Numbered from the stretch's first letter, positions 25,709 to 39,397 are shown. The stretch is DNA of 41,720 nucleotides from Tubiluchus corallicola (GCA_030141605.1 JAQGDQ010001425.1:1-41720); one strand, 5' to 3'. Numbers and translations are program-made. Notes: generated by a model not told the origin, from the sequence alone.

Positions 25709-26633
25709 TGTAAACTACGATAATATCTGTATTTCATGATGCAGAAGATACTGACCAGTATAGGCCTATATTTTGCAATGTCAAGCTATCAATTACCATT
25801 TTTATTTCTTTACAAGACATCTACTGTTACAAAACTGTAATTTGTAGAATGCAGAACAGCCGATTTAAAATACATTTTTTGTTCGGATCTGTTATCTGTG
25901 GAATTCTCTGCCAGAAGGTTGTTTCCTTGTCGACAATAACCTAATTCGGTTCTAGGAATAGAATAAGAGATGCCTCTTTTCACTAATAAATTATTTTTAT
26001 TCCATTTTTCTGAACATTTATTATATTTTCACCTTTCGCTGCTGGCCGTTGGCTTTTGTTGGGGTGAACTTTACAGAAATGGTCACGGCAACGTCAACAT
26101 TATCTTTACCGGAAGTCGCATACTAACAAAGAATCGGTTCCGTTTGCAATTTTCTGAAATCTACCCGGCAGTTTGACTGCTGAGATGATTAACTTAGCGA
26201 ACAAGGAAGCCGCCATTTTGACACGGCAGAGTGTTAAATAGGGCGGATCTACGCGGATGAATACGCAAAAACGTAGGCCGTTGACGTTGCTTTTTACAAT
26301 GAAACGATTTTCGATGATTATTAGAGAAATTTCGAGAAATACTCGAAAATTATTCAGCGTTGTTTGCACAGGATGTCAGCTATGAATGGAGTAAAAAGAG
26401 GAGACGTCTGTAGGGAACCTCTTTGGTTCTGGCGCAGCGCCAATGTTAACACGCTTTTCTAAGGCATTATTGCATTACCATTTTACAAATCCAAAGTGTT
26501 TGTCTACTGTGGAGGCGTTAAACTACGCGAGAAAAAAGCGAGAATAAAAACAAGAACACGTTTCATTTCATCTGGTTAGTCAAGTATCCAAGGCATTTTG
26601 TGAAGCATTTGGGTGGAAAAATAACAAAAACTA

Positions 26634-26657
26634 ACAACATAACAGCAACAGCAACAA

Positions 26658-26688
<31 letters not shown>

Positions 26689-26739
26689 AGCAACAACAAC
26701 AACAACAACACCAACAACAGCAACAGCAGCACCAACAGC

Positions 26740-26770
<31 letters not shown>

Positions 26771-27070
26771 GCTGCAACAACAACAGCAGCAACAACAACA
26801 ACAGCAACACCAACACCAATAACAGCAACAGCAGCAACAACAACAACAACAACGATGACGACGACAACACCAACAACAGCAGCTGTAGCAGCAGCGGCAA
26901 CAGCAACAACAACAACAGCAACAGCAACAACAACAGCAACACCAACAGCAGCAACAGCAACACCAACACCAACAGCAGCAACAGCAGCAACAACAGCAAC
27001 AACGACGACGACGACAACAACAACAACAACAACATAACAGCAACAACAACGACGACAACAAACAACAATA
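26634..27070. repeat. (ACA/GCA)n microsatellite
   Basis: Directly visible. Confidence 0.95.
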
Positions 27071-27397
27071 ACTTAAATTTGGTAGTAGTGTTGAAATGCT
27101 GCAAAAGACAATTTAATTAATAAAGAAATTAATTAGAAATGCAAAGCATTGAGTTTCTTCGAGTTTTTTCTATCTATCTACCTGGATAGTCGTCTATTGT
27201 TGCTATTGAATGCAGTTATTGATTATGTTGTTATTAACTAGGATATTTCTCGTTGCCATAGTCCGACTTTTATCGTAAAAATTTACAACAAAAGTTATTC
27301 TATTGTGACGTCTCTATATATAAACTTAAATTACATGGACAACAATGAGAGCGAGGCCTGCTCCACGGCGAAACAAATCAATTTATGAGAGTTATTC

Positions 27398-27687
27398 GAC
27401 GACGATGATGCTGATGATGACGATGCTGATGACGATAATGATGACGATGTTGATGATGACGATGATGACGATCCTGATGATGACGATGATGATGACGATG
27501 ATGTTAACGATGATGATGACGATGTTGATGACGATGGTGATGACGATGCTAATGACGATGATGATGACGAAGTTGATGACAATGTTGATGACGATGCAAA
27601 TGACGATGTTGATAATGATGATGATGACGATGATGATGACGATGCTGATGACGACGTTGCTGATGATGACGACGATGATGTTGATGG
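27398..27687. repeat. (GAT/GAC)n microsatellite
   Basis: Directly visible. Confidence 0.95.
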
Positions 27688-28087
27688 TAATTTTGAGAAA
27701 AGAAATCATACTTATTTAACAGCGATGTCTTTTCGCAGCTAAAACTTTAGGCACATATAATGTACGATAATGTGGGGCGTCGGTTCTGCCCAGAAATCCT
27801 CTACATGGCCACGACCATAGATATAATACGGCAGTGGCATTAGCAGTGCGGTTAGTTACGCCTGGTAAATCTTAATGGGGTGTTTAAACAAAGCCGCGAG
27901 CCTTGACTGCATAGCTTACACACAGGCGTTCTGTTTAACGAGGTTCAGGGAGGATTATTCGTTCAAGAAATTGCAGTTTGCAAGTAAAAAACGCAAATCC
28001 TAAAGTGTTACCTTTACGAGCTGTAGAGTTAAAGCTCCAGGCCTAGTCAATCGAGCCAGATTTCCTATTCTTATTTAGCTTTTGTTA

Positions 28088-28196
28088 AAGGAAAATGATT
28101 TTTCATATATTACCCGATAAAGAGTGCACATATGAACACAATAATACTACAAAAAAGCGTTTCTAATAACTAAATAATAGATTAAAACCTTAGTTA
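28088..28196 (+). mobile_element. Decayed left end of MITE family A
   Basis: TTAAAGGAAAATGATTTTTCAT...TAAATAATAGATTAAAAC resembles 14219-14345. Confidence 0.6.
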
Positions 28197-28416
28197 ACTT
28201 CTTCTTTTTCTTCTTCTTCTGTTACTGTAAACATCTATTGTAGACATTGAGCCTGTATCCTTTATTAGAGACTCCACTGTTTCCTGTCTGCAACTAAAAT
28301 GTTCAGTTCCTGTGATGCTATTGTTAAGTTTGATCTCAGCTGATGTAAATCTTTATTAATTGTTGATATCCAGGTTGTTTTTGGTTTTGCTTGGAGGTCA
28401 TTTAGCAGGTTTCAGT
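28197..28416 (-). mobile_element. RTE-type LINE 3' end with (GAA)n tail
   Basis: Reverse complement matches 36733-36782 and 36927-37047 (GCAGACAGGAAACAGTGGAG..CTCTAATAAAGGAT; ADRKQW). Confidence 0.82.
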
Positions 28417-28626
28417 TTAATTAGATTTAGATTTATCTTTTTATCCATTTAGCACAAAACAAAAATAAAAGTTATAAAATTACTAATTAACAACGCTTTG
28501 CAAGAAATTAACTTATGAGCTACGCTCAACATGTGCTAAACTAATAACAACAAGACTTAATTAATGACATAAACAACAACAACAACAAAATGCGTTAAAT
28601 TTAACGAAGCAAACAGATGCGAGAAA

Positions 28627-28641
28627 ACGATAATGACGATA

Positions 28642-28696
<55 letters not shown>

Positions 28697-28703
28697 CGAT
28701 GAC

Positions 28704-28760
<57 letters not shown>

Positions 28761-28829
28761 GATGGCGATGGTGATGGTGATGATGATGACGATGATGGTG
28801 ATGGTGATGATGATCATGATGACGATGAC

Positions 28830-28871
<42 letters not shown>

Positions 28872-28957
28872 AATGATGATGATCATAATGATGGTGTTGA
28901 TGGTGATGATGATGGTGATGATGATGATGATGGTGATGGTGATGGTGATGGTGATGG

Positions 28958-29041
<84 letters not shown>

Positions 29042-29063
29042 CGATGACAATGATGATGATGAC

Positions 29064-29116
<53 letters not shown>

Positions 29117-29152
29117 CGATGATGATGATGATGATGACGACGATGATGATAA
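28627..29152. repeat. (GAT)n microsatellite
   Basis: Directly visible. Confidence 0.97.
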
Positions 29153-29209
29153 TGGCAGTTATAATAAGTATGTGCAGTAAGTCTAAGAAAGAATTATCAA
29201 TAGTGCAAG

Positions 29210-29609
29210 CAGTGAACTGAGCAAAGTCTCAATTCAGACATCAAATTTAGGCCTAAGTCTGGCTAACAACAGCTCAGTGAACTGAACAAAGTCTCAATTC
29301 AGACATCAAATTTAGGCTAAAGTCTGGCTAACAACGGCTCAGTGAACTGAACAAAGTCTCAATTCAGACATCAAATTTAGGCTAAAGTCTGGCTAACAAC
29401 AGCTCAGTGAACTGAACAAAGTCTCAATTCAGACATCAAATTTAGGCCAAAGTCTGGCTAACAACAGCTCAGTGAACTGAACAAAGTCTCAATTCAGACA
29501 TCAAATTTAGGCCTAAGTCTGGCTAACAACGGCTCGGTGAACTGAAAAAAGTCTCAATTCAGACATCAAATTTAGGCCTAAGTCGGGCTAACAACAGCTC
29601 AGTGAACTG
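29210..29609. repeat. Minisatellite, 65-bp unit, 6 copies
   Basis: C(A/G)GTGAACTG at 29210, 29275, 29340, 29405, 29470, 29535 and 29600. Confidence 0.95.
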
Positions 29610-30474
29610 TGGCTTTTGCAACCAGTTCCAGGAGCAACAACTAGAGAAACTCTTGCTGGTTTACGAAACGTATGTTTAGTCGCTTGTTGTGCATTTCTTA
29701 AATAATGATTGTGTACAATGGATTAGTATTATCACTCGAGCAAAAATTAGTTTTCAAATATGAGTACATAGTACATGTGTGTCGGTGGGAATGTGTGCTT
29801 ATGTACAAATTGTGCATGTGTGAAAGCACGCATGTGTGTACGTGTGTGTGCGCCAGTATACAGACAAAACTAATATTCAATATTTGTGTTTAATAACAAG
29901 CGACTATCTCTTTTTTTAGTAACACACAACAAGAAGTTATGGCCAAATGCGTAAAGTCAATGCTGTCCAGCTAAAAAACTACGTAACGAAAGAACTAAAA
30001 CATCTAAAGTAAGAATCGCGCCCAGGCGAGTACAATACTTGTATGTAACGTGACCACTCGGCTATTTATCCAGCTGCAAACGACGCGGTTTTACATGAAA
30101 GGTGTTCAAATGAAACCACCGATCTTTCTGTATTTCATTCTAATAAATGCAAACTAGCGACGTCTGTTGCGCCATCTACATTGAAATCACTTGACATTTT
30201 CATGACAATGTTATCGTAGGAGTCGTTGCAGTGCGAATTTCGATTATGGTGAATTGATCACATTCGATACGCGTGAAAAGATTTCATATCAACACCTTTT
30301 GTCCGTTTTGCGTTTAAACGTAAATATATCGATGTACAACTCAGTATGACAGACGATATTTACGTACGACTAGAAGGGAAAAATAATAAAAACAAAAAAG
30401 ACAGCAATGAAAATTATTAAAAAAAAGAAAAACAATAGCTGGGAGAGCCAAAGTTATGTCTAGCGCAAAGTTAG

Positions 30475-30728
30475 CGATGGCGATGGCAATGGTGGTGGTG
30501 TTGGTGGTGTTGGTGGTATTGGTGGTGTTGGTGGTGTTGGTGGTGGTGTTTGTGGTGTTTGTGGTGATGATGATGATAATGACGATGATGACGATGATGA
30601 TGATGATATGATGATGATAATGATGATTTTGATGATGAAGATGATGATAATGATGATGATAACGATGATATGATGATGATGATGATGACGACGACGATGA
30701 AGAAGGTGATGATGATTTTGATGATGAA

Positions 30729-30764
<36 letters not shown>

Positions 30765-30837
30765 AATGATGATGACGATGGTGATGATGATGATGACGTC
30801 GACAACGACGACGACGACGACGACGACGATGATGATA
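30475..30837. repeat. Compound (GGT)n/(GAT)n/(GAC)n microsatellite
   Basis: Directly visible. Confidence 0.93.
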
Positions 30838-31713
30838 GCATTGCTATTTAAATTACACGAATTTCATTGCTTCGGCCCACCTGTTAAGAACTCAAGCTAC
30901 TAATTTTACAAAAGATACTAATTTCAAAGTAACCTAGCCAAAAATCTAGCTAGTTAAGTTACATAGCTACAATAACGGCCACTTTTGCTTTCTATCCCGA
31001 AAAACAATGTTAGATTTATCTACAGTCAAATTCTATATTTATCATCAAATTCTATCTTTTATTAAACTTTAAAGTAAAAACTTGAATTGTTTAACTGTTA
31101 CATTAGCCTACTCAGTGCAAGTGCCTCTCGTAGTCTACCACTCTTAATTTGATTCTCTTTATCGAATAATTATGGCCTCCACACTAATAAACTATCTTGC
31201 GAAAATTAGAAACAAGTTTATGAAACCTTCAACCTTTGCAATTCAATTTGTGTTAAATGTGATCGGTACGCATAACTGCGTCTGTTTCAAGTTTCAAACG
31301 TCACTATTGATGCCGTCTCAATTTCAATTCTAGATTATGGTAAGATTTCCACGTCGAATTTGTTGTCGCAACAGTTAATGACTCCAGCGGGGGAAAAGTA
31401 AAAGTTTAATTATTGCAAATAAACCTTCAAATTTGATATACCAGTTGAACAGTATTACGTGTGTGAGTGCACACAAGTTATAATAACAAAGTACTTAAGT
31501 GTACGAAAATATTTTTTGCTTCTTATTACTAAAGTTTGGTGCTGTAAGTCGAATGTTATTGTGCACAGGTTATAATAAGAACATAGCGCAATTAACTGTA
31601 CTAGAACATTATTGAGAACAATTAGCTTTTTCTGTACATTTCTTACGTTTGGTATAGTATCCGGCATGTCTCTGCGCACAAGTTGTAATAAGGAAGTAGC
31701 GTAACAGATGCAG

Positions 31714-34495
31714 AGCAAAAGCTACTTGTTCTTCATAATGTTCTAGTGCAGTTACTTATGCTGCTTTCTTATCATAACTTGTGCACAATAATACTCGACT
31801 TACTGTATCAAACCTTAGTAATAAGCAGCAAAAGCTACTTGTTCTTCGTAATGTTCTGGTGCAGTTACTTGGCTATTTTCTTATCATAATTTGTGCACAA
31901 TAACACTCGACTTACTGTATCAAACCTTAGTAATAAGCAGCAAAAGCTACTTGAGTTTCATAATGTTCTGGTGCAGTTACTTAGGCTACTTTCTTATCAT
32001 AAGTTGTGCACAATAACACTCGACTTACTGTACCAAACCTTAGTAATAAGCAGCAAAAGCTACTTGTTCTTCATAATGTTCTAGTGCAGTTACTTAGGCT
32101 ACTTTCTTATCATAACTTGTGCACAATAACACTCGACCTACTGTACCAAACCTTAGTAATAAGAAGCAAAAGCTACTTGTACTTCATAATGTTCTGGTGC
32201 AGTTACTTAGGCTACGTTCTTGTCATAATTATGCACAATAATACTCGACTTACTGTACCAAACCTTAGTAATAAGCAGCAAAAGCTACTTGTACTTCATA
32301 ATGTTCTGGTGCAGTTACTTAGGCTACGTTCTTATCATAAGTTGTGCACAATAACACTCGACTTACTGTACCAAACCTTAGTAATAAGAAGCAAAAGCTA
32401 CTTGTACTTCATAATGTTCTGGTGCAGTTACTTAGGCTACGTTCTTATCATAAGTTGTGCACAATAATACTCGACTTACTGTACCAAACCTTAGTAATAA
32501 GCAGCAAAAGCTACTTGTGCTTCATAATGTTCTGGTGCAGTTACTTAGGCTACGTTCTTATCATAAGTTGTGCACAATAACACTCGACTTACTGTATCAA
32601 ACCTTAGTAATAAGCAGCAAAAGCTACTTGTTCTTCATAATGTTCTGGTGCAGTTACTTAGGCTACGTTCTTATCATAAGTTGTGCACAATAACACTCGA
32701 CTTATTGTACCAAACCTTAGTAATAAGCAGCAAAGTTACTTGTGCTTCATAATGTTCTGGTGCAGTTACTTAGGCTACGCTCTTATCATAAGTTGTGCAC
32801 AATAACACTCGACTTACTGTATCAAACCTTAGTAATAAGCAGCAAAAGCTACTTGTTCTTCATAATGTTCTGGTGCAGTTACTTAGGCTACGTTCTTATC
32901 ATAAGTTGTGCACAATAACACTCGACTTATTGTACCAAACCTTAGTAATAAGCAGCAAAGTTACTTGTGCTTCATAATGTTCTGGTGCAGTTACTTAGGC
33001 TACGCTCTTATCATAAGTTGTGCACAATAACACTCGACTTACTGTATCAAACCTTAGTAATAAGCAGCAAAAGCTACTTGTTCTTCATAATGTTCTGGTG
33101 CAGTTACTTAGGCTACGTTCTTATCATAAGTTGTGCACAATAACACTCGACTTATTGTACCAAACCTTAGTAATAAGCAGCAAAGTTACTTGTGCTTCAT
33201 AATGTTCTGGTGCAGTTACTTAGGCTACGCTCTTATCATAAGTTGTGCACAATAACACTCGACTTACTGTATCAAACCTTAGTAATAAGCAGCAAAAGCT
33301 ACTTGTTCTTCATAATGTTCTGGTGCAGTTACTTAGGCTACGTTCTTATCATAAGTTGTGCACAATAACACTCGACTTATTGTACCAAACCTTAGTAATA
33401 AGCAGCAAAAGCTACTTGTTCTTCGTAATGTTCTGGTGCAGTTACTTAGGCTACTTTCTTATCATAAGTTGTGTACAATAACACTCGACTTACTGTACCA
33501 AACCTTAGTAATAAGCAGCAAAAGCTACTTGTTCTTCGTAATGTTCTGGTGCAGTTACTTAGGCTACTTTCTTATCATAACTTGTGCACAATAATACTCG
33601 ACTTACTGTACCAAACCTTAGTAATAAGCAGCAAAAGCTACTTGTGCTTCGTAATGTTCTGGTGCAGTTACTTAGGCTACTTTCTTATCATAACTTGTGC
33701 ACAATAACACTCGACTTACTGTACCAAACCTTAGTAATAAGCAGCAAAAGCTACTTGTTCTTCGTAATGTTCTGGTGCAGTTACTTAGGCTACTTTCTTA
33801 TCATAACTTGTGCACAATAATACTCGACTTACTGTACCAAACCTTAGTAATAAGCAGCAAAAGCTACTTGTGCTTCGTAATGTTCTGGTGCAGTTACTTA
33901 GGCTACTTTCTTATCATAACTTGTGCACAATGACACTCGACTTACTGTACCAAACCTTAGTAATAAGCAGCAAAAGCTACTTGTTCTTCGTAATGTTCTG
34001 GTGCAGTTATTTAGGCTACTTTCTTATCATAACTTGTGCACAATAATACTCGACTTACTGTACCAAACCTTAGTAATAAGCAGCAAAAGCTACTTGTGCT
34101 TCGTAATGTTCTGGTGCAGTTACTTAGGCTACTTTCTTATCATGACTTGTGCACAATAATACTCGACCTACTGTACCAAACCTTAGTAATAAGCAGCAAA
34201 AGCTACTTGTTCTTCGTAATGTTCTAGTGCAGTTACTTAGGCTACTTTTTTTTATCATAACTTGTGCACAATAACACTCGACTTATTGTACCAAACCTTA
34301 GTAATAAGCAGCAAAAGTTACTTGTGCTTCATAATGTTCTGGTGCAGTTACTTAGGCTACTTTCTTATCATAAGTTGTGCACAATAACACTCGACTTATT
34401 GTACCAAACCTTAGTAATAAGCAGCAAAAGCTACTTGTACTTCATAATGTTCTGGTGCAGTTACTTAGGCTACGTTCTTATCATAAGTTGTGCAT
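31714..34495. repeat. Satellite array, 113-bp unit, about 24-25 copies, with local 225/226-bp dimers
   Basis: ORF starts recur every 113 bp; near-identical ORFs at 32570, 32795, 33020 and 33245 give a 225-bp period. Confidence 0.97.
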
Positions 34496-35299
34496 ATTGA
34501 CACGGAAAATACTTTACTGCTTGTGAGATAAAATTTAAGTCTTTATTTGCAACAATTAAACTTCTATTCAGTTCTTATAATTAAACGTGAAAAATTAATG
34601 ATTCTAACTTTACTTTAACACTGCACACAGATAGCCATTGTTACAGGATCACATAGAAAACATTTTCATAACTTATTTTCACGAGGTTCACAGCACGTTT
34701 GTACGTTCTTAACACAATTGTCAAATTTGTCATCTCACACACTACAAGACACCGTCATTTCATGACTTCAGACATGAAGTCCCTACAGTGAAACGTTGTC
34801 ACGATGCAATATCAGACAGCATGACAATGTAAACAATATAGGCATAAGAATTATTTAGTGTACTCTGATTTGCACAGGGAATTCAGCCACTTCTGATGTT
34901 GGGCAATTATAGAACAATGCTGGTGTATGCTCAAGTTGTATTCTGGCTGAGGTGGGGTGAACAGCTGAGTGGACATGGCATGTATTTACGAACCATCAAA
35001 AGCAATCCTGCTCAGCAACGTGTGTGGGTGGTTATATTAACCATACCTCCTCGGCTATTTACTTTTTTGAGAAAGATGAATACACATACCAACTTAGCTA
35101 AGATACCTGTGCAGTTCAGTGCCTCGTGTTAATTACTGAACCGTAATAGGAACCAATTTCCGGGCCTGCCACAACTGACTCTACAGAGCGGTTGAATCCC
35201 AACTTGCATGGTTTCGAACTATAAAAAATGGTGTCCATCACAGAAAATAGAGGATTTATCTGTGATATATTTAGGATATTAATTTTCAACATCCAGTTC

Positions 35300-37047
35300 C
35301 AGCTCAGGAAACAGAAATAGATGTGTTCAAGAGATTAACTCAAAAACAGATTTAAAAAGAAAATGACCATATGGGTTTTCAGTTGTATAACCGAACCAAA
35401 GAAGGACATTGGAGCACTAAAATCAGAATCAGAAAGCTAAGCTTGGTAGGACACTTAATGAGATTGCCAGAAACAACACCAGTAAGATTAGAATTAAACA
35501 TTGGAGCACTAAAATCAGAATCAGAAAGCTAAGCTTGGTAGGACACTTAATGAGATTGCCAGAAACAACATCAGTAAGATTAGAATTAAACATTGGAGCA
35601 CTAAAATCAGAATCAGAAAGCTAAGATGGGTAGGACATTTAATGAGATTGTCAGAAACAACGTCAGTAAGATTGGAATTAAACATTGGAGCACTAAAATT
35701 AGAATCAGAAAGCTAAGATGGGTAGGACATTTAATGAGATTGCCAGAAACAACACCAGTAAGATTAGAATTAAACATTGGAGCACTAAAATCAGAATCAG
35801 AAGACTAAGATGGGTAGGACATTTAATGAGAGTGCCAGAAACAACATCAGTAAGATTAGCATTAAACATTGGAGCACTAAAATCAGAATCAGAAGACTAA
35901 GATGGGTAGGACATTTAATGAGATTGCCAGAAACAACATCAGTAAGATTATGAGATTGCCAGAAACAACACCAGTAAGAGTAGAATTAAACATTGGAGCA
36001 CTAAAATCAGAATCAGAAGACTAAGATGGGTAGGACATTTAATGAGAGTGCCAGAAACAACATCAGTAAGATTAGAATTAAACATTGGAGCACTAAAATC
36101 ATAATCAGAAGACTAAGATGGGTAGGACATTTAATGAGATTGCCAGAAACAACACCAGTAAGATTAGAATTAAACATTGGAGCACTAAAATCAGAATCAG
36201 AAAGCTAAGCTTGGTAGGACACTTAATGAGATTGCCAGAAACAACATCAGTAAGATTAGAATTAAACATTGGAGCACTAAAATCAGAATCAGAAGACTAA
36301 GATGGGTAGGACATTTAATGAGATTGTCAGAAACAACACCAGTAAGATTAGAATTAAACATTGGAGCACTAAAATCAGAATCAGAAGACTAAGATGGGTA
36401 GGACACTTAATGAGATTGTCAGAAACAACATCAGTAAGATTAGAATTAAACATTGGAGCACTAATATCATAATCAGAAGACTAAGATGGGCAAGACATTT
36501 AATGAGATTGTCAGAAACAACACCAGTAAGATTAGAATTAAACATTGGAGCACTAAAAACATAATCAGAAGACTAAGATGGGCAAGACATTTAATGAGAT
36601 TGTCAGAAACAACACCAGTAAGATTAGAATTAAACATTGGAGCACTAAAAACAGAAACAGAAGACTAAGATGGGTAGGAACACTTAATGAGATTGCCCAA
36701 AATACACCAGTGAGATCAGCATTAAACGAAGCACTGAAACCTGCTCAACGACCTTGATGAAAAACCAGAAACATCTTGGATTCGAGCCTACAGCTCAAAC
36801 GACGGCACCATTTGCGGCGATCTATACATCAAACGAAAGGTCTCGATCTAGTGTCGTCTCATTTGGGGTTTATTTTTCGAATCGGGCCCACCGGGACGAA
36901 CGGGGGTGCGAATTAAGAAAAATTTTCAACAGCTGAGACCAAACTTAACAATAACATCACCGGAGTTGGAGATTTTACCTGCAGACAGGAAACAGTGGAG
37001 TGCTCTAATAAAGGATCTACAACAGAGTAACTGAAGAAGAAGAAGAA
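35300..37047 (+). mobile_element. Decayed RTE/RTEX-type LINE 3' portion hosting an internal tandem expansion
   Basis: EIDVFKR...LYNRTKEGHWSTKIRIRKLRWVGHLMRLPETTPVR.ALNEALKPAQRP...ADRKQW, followed by a (GAA)n tail. Confidence 0.82.
35407..36720. repeat. Minisatellite, 92-bp unit, about 14 copies, derived from LINE coding sequence
   Basis: CATTGGAGCAC at 35407, 35499, 35591 and onward; one 32-bp partial duplication near 35950. Confidence 0.95.
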
Positions 37048-37263
37048 ATGACATGCCACGAATTACAAAAAAAGACGTGGTTTAGTTTAATTACAGGCTG
37101 CAAAGGCAAACGGAAACTGGATGATTTTTTCTCCTCTCTGTTCATTTCCGGTTGTCTCATCCATTGTTTTTGCTCAAGTTCCATCAAGAGATTTTACAAA
37201 ACGGACCACCCAGCCGGGCCCGTGTCGAAACTATCTGTCAAGGAAGTTGAAAAATGGGTTTTA

Positions 37264-37458
37264 CCGAGAGTCTAGTTGATTAACAAAAATCTGCATATTT
37301 CTCCACGTTTCTGCTACATTCATGTGCGTTTTTTCGCTTTTTCACGGCTCCACACAACTCCGAGAGTCGAGTTGATCAACTTTAACAAAAATCTGCATAT
37401 TTCTCCACGTTTCTGCTACATTCATGAGCGTTTTTTCACTTTTTCACGGCTCCACACA
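37264..37458. repeat. Direct tandem duplication of about 96 bp
   Basis: CCGAGAGTC...TAACAAAAATCTGCATATTTCTCCACG...CACGGCTCCACACA at 37264 and 37360. Confidence 0.9.
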
Positions 37459-37821
37459 GCTTCACGCAGGTCAGTGCCACACGCATTTACGCAGCTACTT
37501 GTTTCATCACACGGCTGTTGAAACTTTGTTTGGTTTCTTCGCAAAAGATCCACAGGCAAAATTTGTCACAGACATTTAATTTTACCCGACTGATGTCGGA
37601 GGTGTGCCACAGTTATCCAACTTTTGTCAGCTAACTTTCGTGTTGTTTTGGTAGTGGGGGACGTGTTGCGAATGTGAGTCAAGAAGATGATTCCTTCAGT
37701 AAGACTGAATCCCAACAAGTACATTAATGAAAGAAGAATGAAAGTCAAAATTTTTCTACAAATTTTGTTGGCAAGTTTATAGAGGCTGGCCAAATTAATC
37801 AGTGCGCATGTCAGTTGCCTT

Positions 37822-38335
37822 ATTTATTCATTCATTCGTTCATTCATTCATTCATTCATTCATTACTCATTCATTCGTTCATTCAGTTATTCATTCATTC
37901 GTTCATTCATTCATTCATTCATTTATTTATTTATTCATTCATTCATTCATTCATTCATTCATTCACTCATCCGTTCATTCATTCATTATTCATTCATTCG
38001 TTAATTCATTCATTCATTCATTCATTCATTCATTCATTCATTCATTCATTCATTCATTCATTCATTCATTCATTCATTCTTTCATTCATTCATTCATTCA
38101 TTCATTCATTCGTTCATTCAGTTATTCATTCATTCGTTCATTCATTCATTCATTCATTTATTTATTCACTCATTCACTCATTCATTCATTCACTCATTTA
38201 TTTATTCATTCATTCATTCATTCATTCATTCATTCATTCATTCATTCATTCATTCATTCATTCATTCATTCCTTCATTCATTCATTCATTCATTTACTCA
38301 TTCATTCATTCATTAATTATTTGTTTATTTATTTA
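37822..38335. repeat. (ATTC)n microsatellite
   Basis: Directly visible. Confidence 0.96.
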
Positions 38336-38619
38336 TCTTATTGAATAAGTAGTAGTGTTTACAAAAGATGGTAATAAAACAATCAAAAAGTAATAGTTGT
38401 TCAATAAGGTAGTCGGAAGAGCATAGCTGTCCTTCACAGGCTAGAATACATATAACATTATGACGGCACGGGAGGTTTCACTAAGCAAGTTAAAAACCAA
38501 AAATTAACAGTTAACTTTAACACACCACAAACATTTGCTTCGCAAGAATGTTATTTAACGTATGATGCTAAGCAAAGAAATATATAATGAAATTGGCATC
38601 AGAAAACTACACTGGCCGC

Positions 38620-39397
38620 AGTAGAAGTTACTCTTTGACAACTGTAGTAAAGGAATTACTCTTTTGCAGTTGTAGTGAAGGTATTATTGTTCTGCAGCTG
38701 AAGTGAAAGAATTACTCTTTTGCAGTTGTAGTGAAGGTATTATTGTTCTGCAGCTGTAGTGAAAGAATTACTCTTTTGCAGTGAAGTTATTATTGTTCTG
38801 CAGCTGTAGTGAAAGAATTACTCTTTTGCAGCTGTAGTGAAGGTATTACTCTTCTGCAGCCGTAGTGAAAGAATTACTCTTTTGCAGCTGTAGTGAAAGA
38901 ATTACTCTTTTGCAGCTGTAGTGAAGGTATTACTCTTCTGCAGCCGTAGTAAAAGAATTACTCTTCTGCGGTTGTAATGAAAGAATCACGCTTGTGCAGC
39001 TGTAGCAAATGAATTACTCCTTTACAGCTGTAGTGAAAGAATTACTCTTCTGCAGCTGTAGTGAAAGAATTACTCTTCTGCAGCTGTAATGCAAGAATTA
39101 CTCTTCTGCAGCTGTGGTGAAAGAATTACTCTTCTGCAGCTGTAGTGAAAGAATTACTCTACTGCAGCTGTAGCAAAGGAATTACTCTTCTGCAGCTGTA
39201 GTGAAAGAATTACTCTTCTGCAGCTGTAGTGAAAGAATTACTCTTTTGCAGTTGTAATGAAAGAATTACTCTTCTGCAGCTGTAGAGAAAGAATTACTCT
39301 TCTGCAGCTGTAGTGAAAGAATTACTCTTCTGCAGCTGTAGTGAAAGAATTACTCTTCTGCAGCTGTATTGAAAGAATTACTCTTTTGCAGCTGTAG
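38620..39397. repeat. Minisatellite, 28-bp unit, about 28 copies
   Basis: Unit GCAGCTGTAGTGAAAGAATTACTCTTCT; starts at 39304 and 39332. Confidence 0.95.

Noticed and set aside
31893-34500. Apparent tandem family of 60-78-aa genes
   Set aside because: Artefact of a 113-bp unit (not a multiple of 3) cycling through frames, mostly with GTG starts.
37048-37793. Short ORFs around the 96-bp duplication
   Set aside because: All frames are interrupted and no family is recognisable; a decayed transposon gene cannot be excluded.
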